From an uncultured Bacteroidota bacterium (GTDB lineage Bacteria > Bacteroidota > Bacteroidia > JADZBD01), in the NCBI GenBank assembly GCA_937924855.1, contig CALEYQ010000043.1:2263-66262 (forward strand): a stretch of 64,000 bases of DNA, given 5' to 3'. Position numbers and translations under genes: made by a program. How positions within the stretch are numbered: the stretch's first letter is position 1; each line of letters opens with the position of its first letter. A model generated the notes under the pieces. It was given only the letters and a program-made list of their open reading frames with translations, ran no database searches and was not told the DNA's origin. This document shows, in pieces, positions 1-8,974 of this stretch.

Positions 1-2460
1 AACGGGAAGTTCAGAACCATCATTGGAAAGGCCCGAAAAAACCACATTGGTGTTATCATAATTTACTCCTTCCCAAACTTTATTTCCCCAGCGGTTAAAA
101 ATTAAAACGCGGTTAGGGCCGCGGTTGGTAATTCCTTCGATAATCCAGTGGTCGTTAAGGCCATCTCCGTTAGGAGTAATTCCGTTAAAAACTCCCGGCT
201 TATCACAATCTCCACTGGTTGTTACCCCAACCACCACGAAGTCTGTGTCGGTACAGCCGTTTCCGTCGGTTACGGTTAATGTGTATGTCGTGGTGGCGCT
301 GGGAGCTGCAGTTGGATTAGGAGAAGTAACAGAATTTAGTCCGACTTGTGGAGTCCAGTAGTATGTAATGCCACCACTTCCGTTTAAGCTTGTACTAAAT
401 CCTGAACAAATGGTTGTATCGATTCCGGCATCTGCCAGGGGCTGGGGAAAAATAGTAACGGGAATGGTTGTAGGGTTTCCAAAACAACCTGTAACAGCAT
501 TAATCATGAAAACATATGCAAAGTGCTGGCCCGGAAGAAGTATTGGGAGTTGAACCGAATTCCCTAATATGGGGTTGGGAAAAAGCGGACTTAAATCCCA
601 GATGGCCGTATTATTACCGGCATTGGAGACGGTTAAAGTCAAGGGTTGCAGTTCTTCACATGCTGTAGTCATACCAGTTACTATAGGAGTAGGAGGCGAT
701 TCTTTTATTTCAAACTGAAATGTTGCCGTATCAGTGCAAGGGCCGGGGCTAATGTAGGTTACTGTATATATTCCCTGGGGAACAGGGGGATTGGACAATT
801 GAATGGCTCCGTTATTTGGATTAATATTCAAGGGATTTCCAGACCAGGAAAAATTTCCACCCGGGGTGGCAATATAAGTAGGAACCGGTGCAGCAGTGTC
901 AACGGTGCAATAATAGGTATTGTGCGTTGGAGAGTAAGTAATGGTTGCGTCGTCCTGAGGATAGTTTAAAATTGTAATTGTTAAACCGGTATTACAACCA
1001 TTTCCAACATCCGTCACAACTACGGTATAGGATCCGGGGCATAGTCCCGTTGCCACCTGTGTTGTTTGGTTACTTGGAGTCCATAAATAGTTATAGGTGC
1101 TGTTGCCAATTCCGGTAACCGTCGCTGAGCTATTGCAGGCATTCTGGCAGCCCGCGGAAAGCTGCATTACATTTATATCAAGGGCGTTTGAAACACGAAA
1201 TGCCCGGTGAGAAATACACCCTGAACCATTTTTGGTAATTGCTGCATAATCGCCAGTGGGAAGATTGGCCGCTGTAAAAGTTTGAGATGCGGAAGAGGCT
1301 GTTCCTGCCACCTGTGTGCCGGCGGAATTGATGACAGCGTAGGAATAAGGGGCAGGTGGATTAAAATTAGCTATAACCACCCCTCCGCCGGTTGTGTTTG
1401 GACAGTTCTCATTTATTACGGAAACATACGGTTTTGGGCAGCAATTCAGGGTTGCCTTGAAAAAATAATCCGGATCATTTGAACAGGCAAGCCCCAATCC
1501 ATTGCCGGATTCGTTGTCAGAAAAATTATGCATCCGTACACTCAAATCCAGGGGTGAGGCGCAGGAGCTTTTTGTCCTAAGCTTCCACTTAAAAACCCAG
1601 GTTGAATATTGGTTCCCAACATCCCCTTTATTGTTTGCAGGATTCCCATCCGGGTTAGGGCCGTCATAAAAAAAGCCGGAAAAGGTTCCCTGACTGGGTA
1701 CGTTTTGATTAAAATACCAGGACCAGTTTCCCAGCCCGCTAACAGGAGGTGGTGGGGTTGTATTTGTTGTGGTTAATGTACTAAGCTCCCAGCCGGGGCC
1801 AAAAACCGGTGCTGCTCCATGAAAATGGTTATTACCATAGGGTTTATGTCCCCGAACGATATAGGTAAATGTAACGGTGTCGCCGGGATTATAGAATCCA
1901 TGCACAGGGGCTGGGTTAACCAATAAAATAGCGTCTTGCATGCACTCAGTACACTTCCTTGATGAAATAATCCGAAGCGTGAAGTTTCCAACATCAGCTA
2001 CAGAGGCTCCCTCAACCTGAATAAGATAAAATTTGCCGGGAATGATGTTTTCAAAAGTGGCCTTTACAAAACCCGAGGATCCAATATTACATCCAACTGG
2101 GATCGGGGTTACACAATTATTATCGAATAAATAAAGGGCAACAATAGGGGTTGTCAGACCCAGCACCTTTATTTCCACTTTATTGCTTACTGCCTGGAAA
2201 GTATACCAAACATCGGGAGCAGCGTTTGGCATATCCCCGGTGGGTGTACAATTTTTTAAAGCGAAATGAATAGAGTCTGGTGTTGCACCGGAATTGCTTC
2301 CGTTTATGGAAACGGAATCAACAGATGAAAAGGGGCAGTTTTGAGGAGCGGTAAGGGGTATAAAGGTCGGAGTACAAGCCCGATCGTTGGGGGGAAGGGT
2401 CCCGAAAGCTGTTTGAAAGACAAAAAAGAACAAAAGAGCAGGGTAAAATTTCTTTCCCAT
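1..2460 (-). CDS. Large secreted surface protein with T9SS type B (gliding-motility-associated, CHU_C-type) C-terminal sorting domain; the C-terminus runs off the window
   Basis: Absent from the supplied track because no stop codon lies in the window. Hand translation of the minus strand from ATG at 2460-2458 gives MGKKFYPALLFFFVFQTAFG (signal peptide). I translated 2460 down to about 1321 and 180 down to 1 codon by codon with no stop; the frame reaches position 1 at 820 codons. The last ~65 aa read GVFNGITPNGDGLNDHWIIEGITNRGPNRVLIFNRWGNKVWEG, the TPNGDGxND / IFNRWG signature of type B sorting domains. It also contains SprB-like CPNTTGGG..PPAPYSY segments and one ICSG..LNGSGG..YYW.P..TTTYTLTVTDGNGC module like those in 31346..34615. 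Confidence 0.85.
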   Translation of the reverse strand, partial: MGKKFYPALLFFFVFQTAFGTLPPNDRACTPTFIPLTAPQNCPFSSVDSVSINGSNSGATPDSIHFALKNCTPTGDMPNAAPDVWYTFQAVSNKVEIKVLGLTTPIVALYLFDNNCVTPIPVGCNIGSSGFVKATFENIIPGKFYLIQVEGASVADVGNFTLRIISSRKCTECMQDAILLVNPAPVHGFYNPGDTVTFTYIVRGHKPYGNNHFHGAAPVFGPGWELSTLTTTNTTPPPPVSGLGNWSWYFNQNVPSQGTFSGFFYDGPNPDGNPANNKGDVGNQYSTWVFKWKLRTKSSCASPLDLSVRMHNFSDNESGNGLGLACSNDPDYFFKATLNCCPKPYVSVINENCPNTTGGGVVIANFNPPAPYSYAVINSAGTQVAGTASSASQTFTAANLPTGDYAAITKNGSGCISHRAFRVSNALDINVMQLSAGCQNACNSSATVTGIGNSTYNYLWTPSNQTTQVATGLCPGSYTVVVTDVGNGCNTGLTITILNYPQDDATITYSPTHNTYYCTVDTAAPVPTYIATPGGNFSWSGNPLNINPNNGAIQLSNPPVPQGIYTVTYISPGPCTDTATFQFEIKESPPTPIVTGMTTACEELQPLTLTVSNAGNNTAIWDLSPLFPNPILGNSVQLPILLPGQHFAYVFMINAVTGCFGNPTTIPVTIFPQPLADAGIDTTICSGFSTSLNGSGGITYYWTPQVGLNSVTSPNPTAAPSATTTYTLTVTDGNGCTDTDFVVVGVTTSGDCDKPGVFNGITPNGDGLNDHWIIEGITNRGPNRVLIFNRWGNKVWEGVNYDNTNVVFSGLSNDGSELPV

Positions 2461-2510
2461 AGTTTTCAAAATATAAAAGGGGACACTAATATAGGAAAAA
2501 AAGTCAAAAA

Positions 2511-4289
2511 TCAGGGAATTCTTACCCCCATTACCAGGATGTCATCTACCTGTTCTTCAGGGCCTTTCCAGTCTTCAATGGTTTTGTCCAGAATTTGCTT
2601 TTGTTCTTCTACCGGTCGTTTGTGAATGCTCATCAGGAGCTGGCGGAACTGGTTCACCATAAATTTTTTCCCCTTTGGTCCTCCAAACTGGTCGGCATAA
2701 CCATCCGAAAAAACATAAATAAAATCTCCTGACTGAAGTGCAATCTTATGGTTGGTAAAGGTTTTGTTTTCGCCAAGGAAAACTCCCACAGGGAATTTAT
2801 TCCCTTTTATTTCCTGAAGTTCTCCATCGCGAATCAGATACATGGGATTAAAAGCCCCAGCCACTTCCAAAGTTTTGGTAGCTGATTCGTACGCGCATAA
2901 GGTCATGTCCATTCCATCCTTGGTAGAAGCGCCTTCTTCGTTCTGGTGGAGGGCGTCCTGCACTCCTTTACTTAATGCATCCAGAATTTTTGAAGGCTGC
3001 AAGGAATCGGATTTGGCAATAGCCTGTTTCAATTGATTGTGAGCCACAATAGACATAATGGCTCCGGGAACTCCGTGTCCGGTACAATCTACCGTTGCAA
3101 AAAGAATTTTGTTCTGCACTTTTTCCACCCAATAAAAATCTCCCGAAACAATGTCTTTGGGTTTGTAATAAACAAAGGAGTCGGGAAGCAATTTTTTCAG
3201 AACCTGGTCAGGAGGAAGAATGGCGTCCTGAAGTCGCTTTGCATATCGGATACTATCCGTAACATGATTAAAAAGTACTTCGATTTTTGCTTTCTGTAAT
3301 TCGATTTCCTGTTTTTGACGAACCACCTCGGCAGTTCTTTCTTCAACTTTTTGTTCAAGGATACGTTCGTTGGTTCTCAGGTCGGAACGCATTTTTAAAA
3401 GGGCGTGGCCCAGAGTATCTTCGTCCGAAAGGGGTTTGAAATAGGATTCGAAATTTCCGGATCCCACCTCACGGGCAAACTCGGTGGTTCTTTTCATGGA
3501 TTCTACCAATTCATTCAATGCGGTTGACATTTCCCCAATTTCATCCTGCCTTACTTTGATTTTTTCAGTGGGTAATACCCCGCGACTCATGGAAAGCAAA
3601 ACCCGTTTTAATTCCTGTACGGGCCTCACAATGGAAATAAACGTAAAAAATGCAATCAAAATTCCTCCTACGGGAAGGGCAATTCCAAGAATGGTTACCA
3701 CATTCTGCAAGCGCGAAAAAGAACTCTGCATCTCCTCCACCCTTTCAGAGGCATGTTTCTGCTGAACCATAATCAAATCGGCCAACTCGTCCAGAATTAC
3801 TCTGGTTTTTTCGCTTACCTCTCCGCTTTCATCAATTTTTTCGTCTACAAAAAACTTAATGCTGGGGTCTTCGTAAGCATCAAAGCTGTTCAGGTCGCGC
3901 ATGATGTCTTTGTGCAACTCGAACAATTTATCAATCAGAGAAAAAATGGCATCCGCGGTACTTTTCTCATCCCCCGACCAATTGGCGGCTAATTGGGAAA
4001 TCCTGAGTTTTAACTCAGGATATTGCTCATAAATCAGTTTTTTGAGTTTGGGTTTGTCCTCGGTTTCGTTTTGGGTTTTTACCCAGCTGTTGATGAGCAT
4101 TTTGGATCTCACCACCAAAACATTTAGCTCCCTGAGGTCGCTTACCGAAGGGTTGTAAAGGTTGGTAATTCTATCGTTAATCTGGGTGGAGTCGCGTATG
4201 GTAAAGATGGTCAGGGAAAAGGCGAGCAGGGTAAAAAATACCAGGATTCCGAAGCCAAAGCCAATACGTCTTCCAATGGTTAGTCTCAT
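2511..4289 (-). CDS. Membrane sensor phosphatase: TM, ~170-aa extracytoplasmic helical region, TM, HAMP, coiled coil, PP2C-type SpoIIE domain
   Basis: 592-aa ORF. TM segments are IGFGFGILVFFTLLAFSLTIFTI and VVTILGIALPVGGILIAFFTFISIV. A HAMP-like stretch reads RPVQELKRVLLSM...DEIGEMSTALNELVESM. SpoIIE motifs are SGDFYWVEK, DCTGHGVPGAIMS, FSDGYADQFGG and DDILVMGVRI. Confidence 0.85.
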   Translation of the reverse strand: MRLTIGRRIGFGFGILVFFTLLAFSLTIFTIRDSTQINDRITNLYNPSVSDLRELNVLVVRSKMLINSWVKTQNETEDKPKLKKLIYEQYPELKLRISQLAANWSGDEKSTADAIFSLIDKLFELHKDIMRDLNSFDAYEDPSIKFFVDEKIDESGEVSEKTRVILDELADLIMVQQKHASERVEEMQSSFSRLQNVVTILGIALPVGGILIAFFTFISIVRPVQELKRVLLSMSRGVLPTEKIKVRQDEIGEMSTALNELVESMKRTTEFAREVGSGNFESYFKPLSDEDTLGHALLKMRSDLRTNERILEQKVEERTAEVVRQKQEIELQKAKIEVLFNHVTDSIRYAKRLQDAILPPDQVLKKLLPDSFVYYKPKDIVSGDFYWVEKVQNKILFATVDCTGHGVPGAIMSIVAHNQLKQAIAKSDSLQPSKILDALSKGVQDALHQNEEGASTKDGMDMTLCAYESATKTLEVAGAFNPMYLIRDGELQEIKGNKFPVGVFLGENKTFTNHKIALQSGDFIYVFSDGYADQFGGPKGKKFMVNQFRQLLMSIHKRPVEEQKQILDKTIEDWKGPEEQVDDILVMGVRIP

Positions 4290-4327
4290 TGTGGACTCAG
4301 GAGAAAATTATGTGGCAAAATACGGAA

Positions 4328-5224
4328 TTATTTGCCATCAAGGGCTTTAATTTCCGCCTGAATAATGGCAGATTTCTCCTCCTCGTGCATACTGAAGTAG
4401 ATTCCTGACAAGGCCACCAGGGTTTCGCGACGCTTCGGATTTAAGGAATATGCCTTTAGGGCGTAGGGCAAAGCTGTTTTAAAGAATTCAAGGGCCCTTT
4501 CCTGAATTTTATCAATATCCAATATGTCGGTTTCGTCACTCATATCATTGATAATACTTACCCCGTGGTTATAATAAAGCATACAGAGGTTGTAATACGC
4601 TGTGATATTATTAGTGTCCACTTCTAGTACTTTCTTGTACATGCCGGCGGTAATCTCCATATAAGGAAGATTAACTTTTCGGTTTGTTACATAAATATTT
4701 TCCATTCCGGTGCCCAGCGACAAATAGAATTCGATATGGCTGGGTTTCCAATTGAAATCAGGATTTGCAAGGAGATAGCACTTCTTATATTTTTCAAAAA
4801 ATTCAATGGCGGTTTTATATCCATCGGCGGTGAAAAAGTCGGAACTTGTGTTGTAATAGGTGGAGCCCAGATATTTCAAAGACTGCCTTACGTTGTCGTC
4901 AAAAAATTCAGATTTTCCGGGATCCAGCTCTCCAACTTTTACGAATGCAGCAACGGCTTCTTCCCGGGCCGGGCTCTTGGGGTTACTGGCTTCGTAATGC
5001 TTAAAATATTCCTTGTAAATAAAGCCCCGGAGGTACCAGGTGTTGGGCAGGTTTGAGGTGGAAGGATGCTTTGAGGCAGCATCAATAGCTGAACGGGCTT
5101 TTACTAGGTCTCTCGACTCATAATAGTCGATGGCCTTGTTAAGGCTGTCGGCCTGGGCCCAGGCGAATGCGGGGCTCAGAAACCAGATTAGTCCTATGTA
5201 TAGAAGCCGTTTCATTTCATTCAA
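4328..5224 (-). CDS. Secreted all-alpha, TPR-like protein of unknown function
   Basis: 298-aa ORF with signal peptide MKRLLYIGLIWFLSPAFAWAQ and helical-repeat-like composition (..AIDYYESRDLVKARSAID.., ..ALEFFKTALPYALKAYSLNP..). Its start overlaps the upstream gene's stop by 8 nt (5217..5224). Confidence 0.5.
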   Translation of the reverse strand: MNEMKRLLYIGLIWFLSPAFAWAQADSLNKAIDYYESRDLVKARSAIDAASKHPSTSNLPNTWYLRGFIYKEYFKHYEASNPKSPAREEAVAAFVKVGELDPGKSEFFDDNVRQSLKYLGSTYYNTSSDFFTADGYKTAIEFFEKYKKCYLLANPDFNWKPSHIEFYLSLGTGMENIYVTNRKVNLPYMEITAGMYKKVLEVDTNNITAYYNLCMLYYNHGVSIINDMSDETDILDIDKIQERALEFFKTALPYALKAYSLNPKRRETLVALSGIYFSMHEEEKSAIIQAEIKALDGK

Positions 5225-5750
5225 CTAGTATGGCCAGGTTGGTTAAACTGCTGCTGACCTTCAAATCGTATTTTTCGGCGTTAGCCTTATTTAATTCAAA
5301 CTTTTGCTTATTCTCAATTACCGTAAAGTTTATGGCAGCACCCTGACGAGCCATTCCGGGCTTTTCGGTTACAACCAGGGTACTCTTTCCCTTTATTTTG
5401 GCCAAAACATCGTTCAGGTTTCCGCTAAACTGCGGTGAAACATAAATCATGTGGCAGGGTGATATGTCGGAAGCCCTGTTAAAGGACTTAATTTCAAAGC
5501 GTTGGGAGCCGATAGATTTTGGATTAAAGAATAAATCCAGTTCCTTTGAAAAGGATTCGTCGCCTACCACACCTATTACAAAGTTTCCGGATTTATAGGC
5601 CTGGGGCCATTCCACATACTTGGTGAAATTGTAAAGGAAAACAGCCTTGATCTTGGTGTTGGTGTCGGCAGTAAGCGGTGCGGCAAATTTAACCAGGTCG
5701 GCAGAAACCAGGCTGAGGGATAATAAAATTACCGACCAGAGTTTTTTCAT
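5217..5750 (-). CDS. YfiR-like periplasmic protein (DUF4154 family)
   Basis: 177-aa ORF with a signal peptide. IKAVFLYNFTKYVEWPQ, a CHMIYV segment, STLVVTEKPGMARQGAAINF and KFELNKANAEKYDLKVSSSLTNLA match the DUF4154/YfiR consensus as I remember it. Confidence 0.7.
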   Translation of the reverse strand: MKKLWSVILLSLSLVSADLVKFAAPLTADTNTKIKAVFLYNFTKYVEWPQAYKSGNFVIGVVGDESFSKELDLFFNPKSIGSQRFEIKSFNRASDISPCHMIYVSPQFSGNLNDVLAKIKGKSTLVVTEKPGMARQGAAINFTVIENKQKFELNKANAEKYDLKVSSSLTNLAILVE

Positions 5751-5995
5751 TTCAGTTAAGAACCCTTACAATTTACAGACCAAACCCGGACGACAAAATA
5801 AATTTCCTGATTTTCAGGGTCTTAAAATTGAAATTAGGGGAGTCAAAAATAGGAATTAGGGGTGAAATATCCAAAAAATCAGGCTCGGGCCGGTGGGTTC
5901 GAAAAATAACAGCTTTCTGTTCATTACTTTAACCCGGGCCCGCTTTCTTCGTTATTTATTTAAATAGTTTTATCCCAACCAAGCAGGCTCTTTGT

Positions 5996-7324
5996 ATGCA
6001 AAAGGACAAAAAGATCTTCATTCTCGACACTTCCGTTATTATTTATGATCACTCGGCGATAAAAAACTTTAAGGAACATGATGTAGTGGTTCCTATTACG
6101 GTTTTGGAAGAGCTCGACAATTTTAAAAAGGGAAACGACACAAAAAATTTCGCTGCACGGGAATTTACCCGTTACATCGATAAAATTTCGGGAGGTGGAA
6201 CCCTGCAGGACTGGGTTTCCATCAATGGAAAAAACCACGGTCTCTTTAAAATCGAGATGAACCAATCGCACCGTGTGGATGCCGAAAAAATATTCGGGGA
6301 ACGAAAAGCGGATCACCGGATTTTAAATGCCGCACTTTATCTGGCTGAAAAATATCCGGAAAGAAAGGTGGTTTTGGTAACGAAAGACATTAACCTCAGA
6401 ATAAAGGCCAAATCTTTAAACCTTGTCGCCGAGGATTACCAAACCGGAAAAATCCAGAACCCCAGTGACCTGTATACGGGAAAATCGACGTATGAAAAAG
6501 CCGGCCTTGATGCCATTGAACAACTCTATGAAAAGGGACATTGTGACCCTAAGCTGGTACTAAAAAGGACGAAGCCGGTTTCTAACCATTTTTTCATTCT
6601 TAAAAATGGGAATAAGTCTGTTTTGGCTACCTATAATCCCGAATCTGAAAAAATTGAGCGAGTTCCCAAAAATGCTGCATTTGGTATCGAACCCAAAAAT
6701 GCAGAACAGGCTTTCGGACTTCATGCGGTGCTGAACCCACGGGTTTCACTGATTACCATGCAGGGGGTTGCAGGAACCGGAAAAACCCTCCTTTCACTCG
6801 CCGGGGCCCTGGAGCAAAGAAGAAACTTCCATCAGATTTTTCTGGCGCGCCCTGTGGTTCCACTGAGCAACAAGGATATCGGATATCTTCCCGGGGACAT
6901 TAAATCAAAACTGAACCCATATATGGAACCTTTGTGGGATAACCTCAAATACATACGGAGTCAGTTTTCAGAAAAGGACAAGGAGTTCAAGCAAATCAAC
7001 GAAATGATTGAACACGAAAAGCTCGTTGTTTGTCCGCTTGCCTACATTCGAGGAAGGAGTCTTTCCAATGTGTTCTTTATTGTGGATGAGGCCCAGAACC
7101 TGACCCCGCATGAAGTAAAAACCATTATCAGTCGTGCCGGAGAGAACACTAAAATAATTTTCACCGGCGATATTTTTCAGATCGACACGCCCTATCTTGA
7201 CACGCAGAGTAACGGACTGTCGTATTTAATTGACCGCCTAAAGGGTCAGGATGTGTATGCACACATTACGCTTGAACGGGGAGAAAGAAGCGACCTGGAA
7301 AATCTTGCCAACGAGTTTCTTTAG
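5996..7324 (+). CDS. PIN-domain plus PhoH-like ATPase (PhoH2/YlaK type)
   Basis: N-terminal PIN-like KIFILDTSVIIYD..ITVLEELD, Walker A GVAGTGKT, Walker B FFIVDEAQNLT, and a PhoH C-terminal region. Confidence 0.85.
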   Translation: MQKDKKIFILDTSVIIYDHSAIKNFKEHDVVVPITVLEELDNFKKGNDTKNFAAREFTRYIDKISGGGTLQDWVSINGKNHGLFKIEMNQSHRVDAEKIFGERKADHRILNAALYLAEKYPERKVVLVTKDINLRIKAKSLNLVAEDYQTGKIQNPSDLYTGKSTYEKAGLDAIEQLYEKGHCDPKLVLKRTKPVSNHFFILKNGNKSVLATYNPESEKIERVPKNAAFGIEPKNAEQAFGLHAVLNPRVSLITMQGVAGTGKTLLSLAGALEQRRNFHQIFLARPVVPLSNKDIGYLPGDIKSKLNPYMEPLWDNLKYIRSQFSEKDKEFKQINEMIEHEKLVVCPLAYIRGRSLSNVFFIVDEAQNLTPHEVKTIISRAGENTKIIFTGDIFQIDTPYLDTQSNGLSYLIDRLKGQDVYAHITLERGERSDLENLANEFL

Positions 7325-8940
7325 GGAGGGGAACCTGATTCCACTTTTTCAGCCAGGTAGAAAAAATATTTCTCGTCTTTTACCACGGTCTTTTCCACCT
7401 TACCCAAAAAAGAAACTCTTACTAGTGGAGATAATTGGTCGTCGCCCAAAAGTACAGGTCCCTCCGCCGTTTGCTTTTCCGGAGGTGCGGATAAAACAAG
7501 AAGGGCCTTTCTGCCACCAGAGGTCAGTTTTTCAAGGGCTGAAATTACCCGGGTAAAATCGATGCTTGATTTGCGGAGCGAGTCCCAGATAACAAAACTC
7601 CCCCACCCCTCCCTCTCGGGATAATAAACAGGTCCGGTTTCCAGCAGGCTGGGAAGACACGAAACCACAAAATCTGTAGCACCAACCATTTGCAAAGTGT
7701 CGAGCTGTCTGCTTTTAATAAATTCTGCGGCCTCTTCACTTCCTGAAAAGGGAAGTTTATAGTCTTTCCACAAGGCTCCCAGCCCACCCATGACACCCAC
7801 GGAAAAAATCGTTGCCAAGACAAAAGTTCTGATACTTCCCGAAAGAGCGGCCCATTTATCCAAAATCTTGTTTGCCGGAGCTTTGGGATCATAGTTGCGT
7901 TCCAGCCAAAGGCAAGCCACCAGTAAAACGGCAAAGTGTCCGTAGTATCTGGCATGCGTTAGCAGGGTGTAATAAAGAAATCCCGTTATTAAAAAAACTC
8001 CCAGAGTGTATAATAAAAACACCGGCCTTCTTTTCAAAAATATTCCGGCCAGAATAAAGAACAATATCAGCGGAGGCAAAGGATTCATTACCGTTGCATC
8101 GCCAATAAACATGCTTGTGTTCCAGTAATCGGTTCGGGTAAGAGCCGGTAGCGCAAACATGGCTTTAACAAAGGTTCCCATCACAAAATACAAGCGGTTT
8201 ATGTCGAAGCCTCCATCCAGGGTTCCCACCGGAAAACTATTTCCTTCTTTTGGATAAATAATATACAGGGAGATAATTCCTCCGGCCAGCGCAAGCAATA
8301 GACTGCCGATAAATTTGATTTGGTTTTTTTTCTCCCCCTCTTTTTTTTCATAAAAGAAATCGAACATCAGCAAGGCCCCCAGCAAAAATGCCAGTATCAG
8401 TCCGAATACGCTGGTGTTCGCAAGGAAAAACAAAACCAGGCCCAACCACAAATAATTTTCATGCCGCTTTGGGAATAAAGAGCAAAAAACAAAAGTCAGG
8501 AAAACCCCGATGGCATAGTTGCGGCTTATGGTGCCGTATTCGTAAATGAAAAAGTAAGAAAAGAGTATCAATCCGCATAACCACAAAGGAAGCCCGGATT
8601 TTTTAATAAGGAGAAATGAAAATCCTGCCGCCAGCAAAAAATGAACCCATTGCATGGTATAAGGACTCTGGGTGAATTTGGCGCAAACCAGGAGTAGGGA
8701 GTGCCACAGAACAGGGTGGCCGTCGTATTTCATGTTTTGAATCAGGTCGAACAACGATCCTGAGTCGCGGGCCAGGAGCCAGGCCTGATGTTCGTCTCTC
8801 CACAATTCATGATGGATCAATCCAAAAGCCAGCACGATCAGATAAGCTCCAAAAAGTAACCAGGGACCCAAACGGGAAACAGGGTTGACCGATTCGTCTT
8901 TGCTTTTTATGGACTTTTTAGGGGGTTGGGGTTTTGCCAC
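7321..8940 (-). CDS. Polytopic membrane protein, candidate GT-C-fold glycosyltransferase with a C-terminal soluble domain
   Basis: 539-aa ORF with a GTG start and at least 10 hydrophobic helices. The first loop, HHELWRDEHQAWLLARD, resembles the acidic DE motif of ArnT/PMT-like enzymes. The function is not established. Confidence 0.5.
   Translation of the reverse strand: MAKPQPPKKSIKSKDESVNPVSRLGPWLLFGAYLIVLAFGLIHHELWRDEHQAWLLARDSGSLFDLIQNMKYDGHPVLWHSLLLVCAKFTQSPYTMQWVHFLLAAGFSFLLIKKSGLPLWLCGLILFSYFFIYEYGTISRNYAIGVFLTFVFCSLFPKRHENYLWLGLVLFFLANTSVFGLILAFLLGALLMFDFFYEKKEGEKKNQIKFIGSLLLALAGGIISLYIIYPKEGNSFPVGTLDGGFDINRLYFVMGTFVKAMFALPALTRTDYWNTSMFIGDATVMNPLPPLILFFILAGIFLKRRPVFLLYTLGVFLITGFLYYTLLTHARYYGHFAVLLVACLWLERNYDPKAPANKILDKWAALSGSIRTFVLATIFSVGVMGGLGALWKDYKLPFSGSEEAAEFIKSRQLDTLQMVGATDFVVSCLPSLLETGPVYYPEREGWGSFVIWDSLRKSSIDFTRVISALEKLTSGGRKALLVLSAPPEKQTAEGPVLLGDDQLSPLVRVSFLGKVEKTVVKDEKYFFYLAEKVESGSPP
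8324..8348 (-). repeat. 25-nt perfect polypurine mirror repeat A8-GAGGGGGAG-A8 (sense strand) inside the CDS
   Basis: The plus strand reads T8 CTCCCCCTC T8. It encodes EKKEGEKKN in a loop of the 7321..8940 protein. Confidence 0.95.
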
Positions 8941-8974
8941 GAAACAAATTTAACGGAATAATTGGTCTATGGAA

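Noticed and set aside
125-1482. Plus-strand ORFs of 61-107 aa listed in the track (125..361, 368..553, 646..969, 1282..1482).
   Set aside because: They lie opposite the 820-codon minus-strand frame, which carries a signal peptide and a type B sorting domain. The short ORFs are Cys/Arg/Gly-rich nonsense typical of the antisense of Thr/Pro/Gly-rich coding sequence.
5996-7324. The PIN-PhoH ATPase as a possible toxin-antitoxin or phage-defence gene.
   Set aside because: The fused PIN+PhoH (PhoH2/YlaK) layout is a widespread single-gene housekeeping-type family. No antitoxin-sized partner, mobile-element context or other defence gene is adjacent.
8945-8952. CAAATTTA (TAAATTTG on the minus strand), a perfect -7 box match upstream of 7321..8940.
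   Set aside because: It lies only 4 nt from the GTG start at 8940, so the transcript would begin inside the ORF. The box is either fortuitous or the true start is downstream. Not reported as a promoter.
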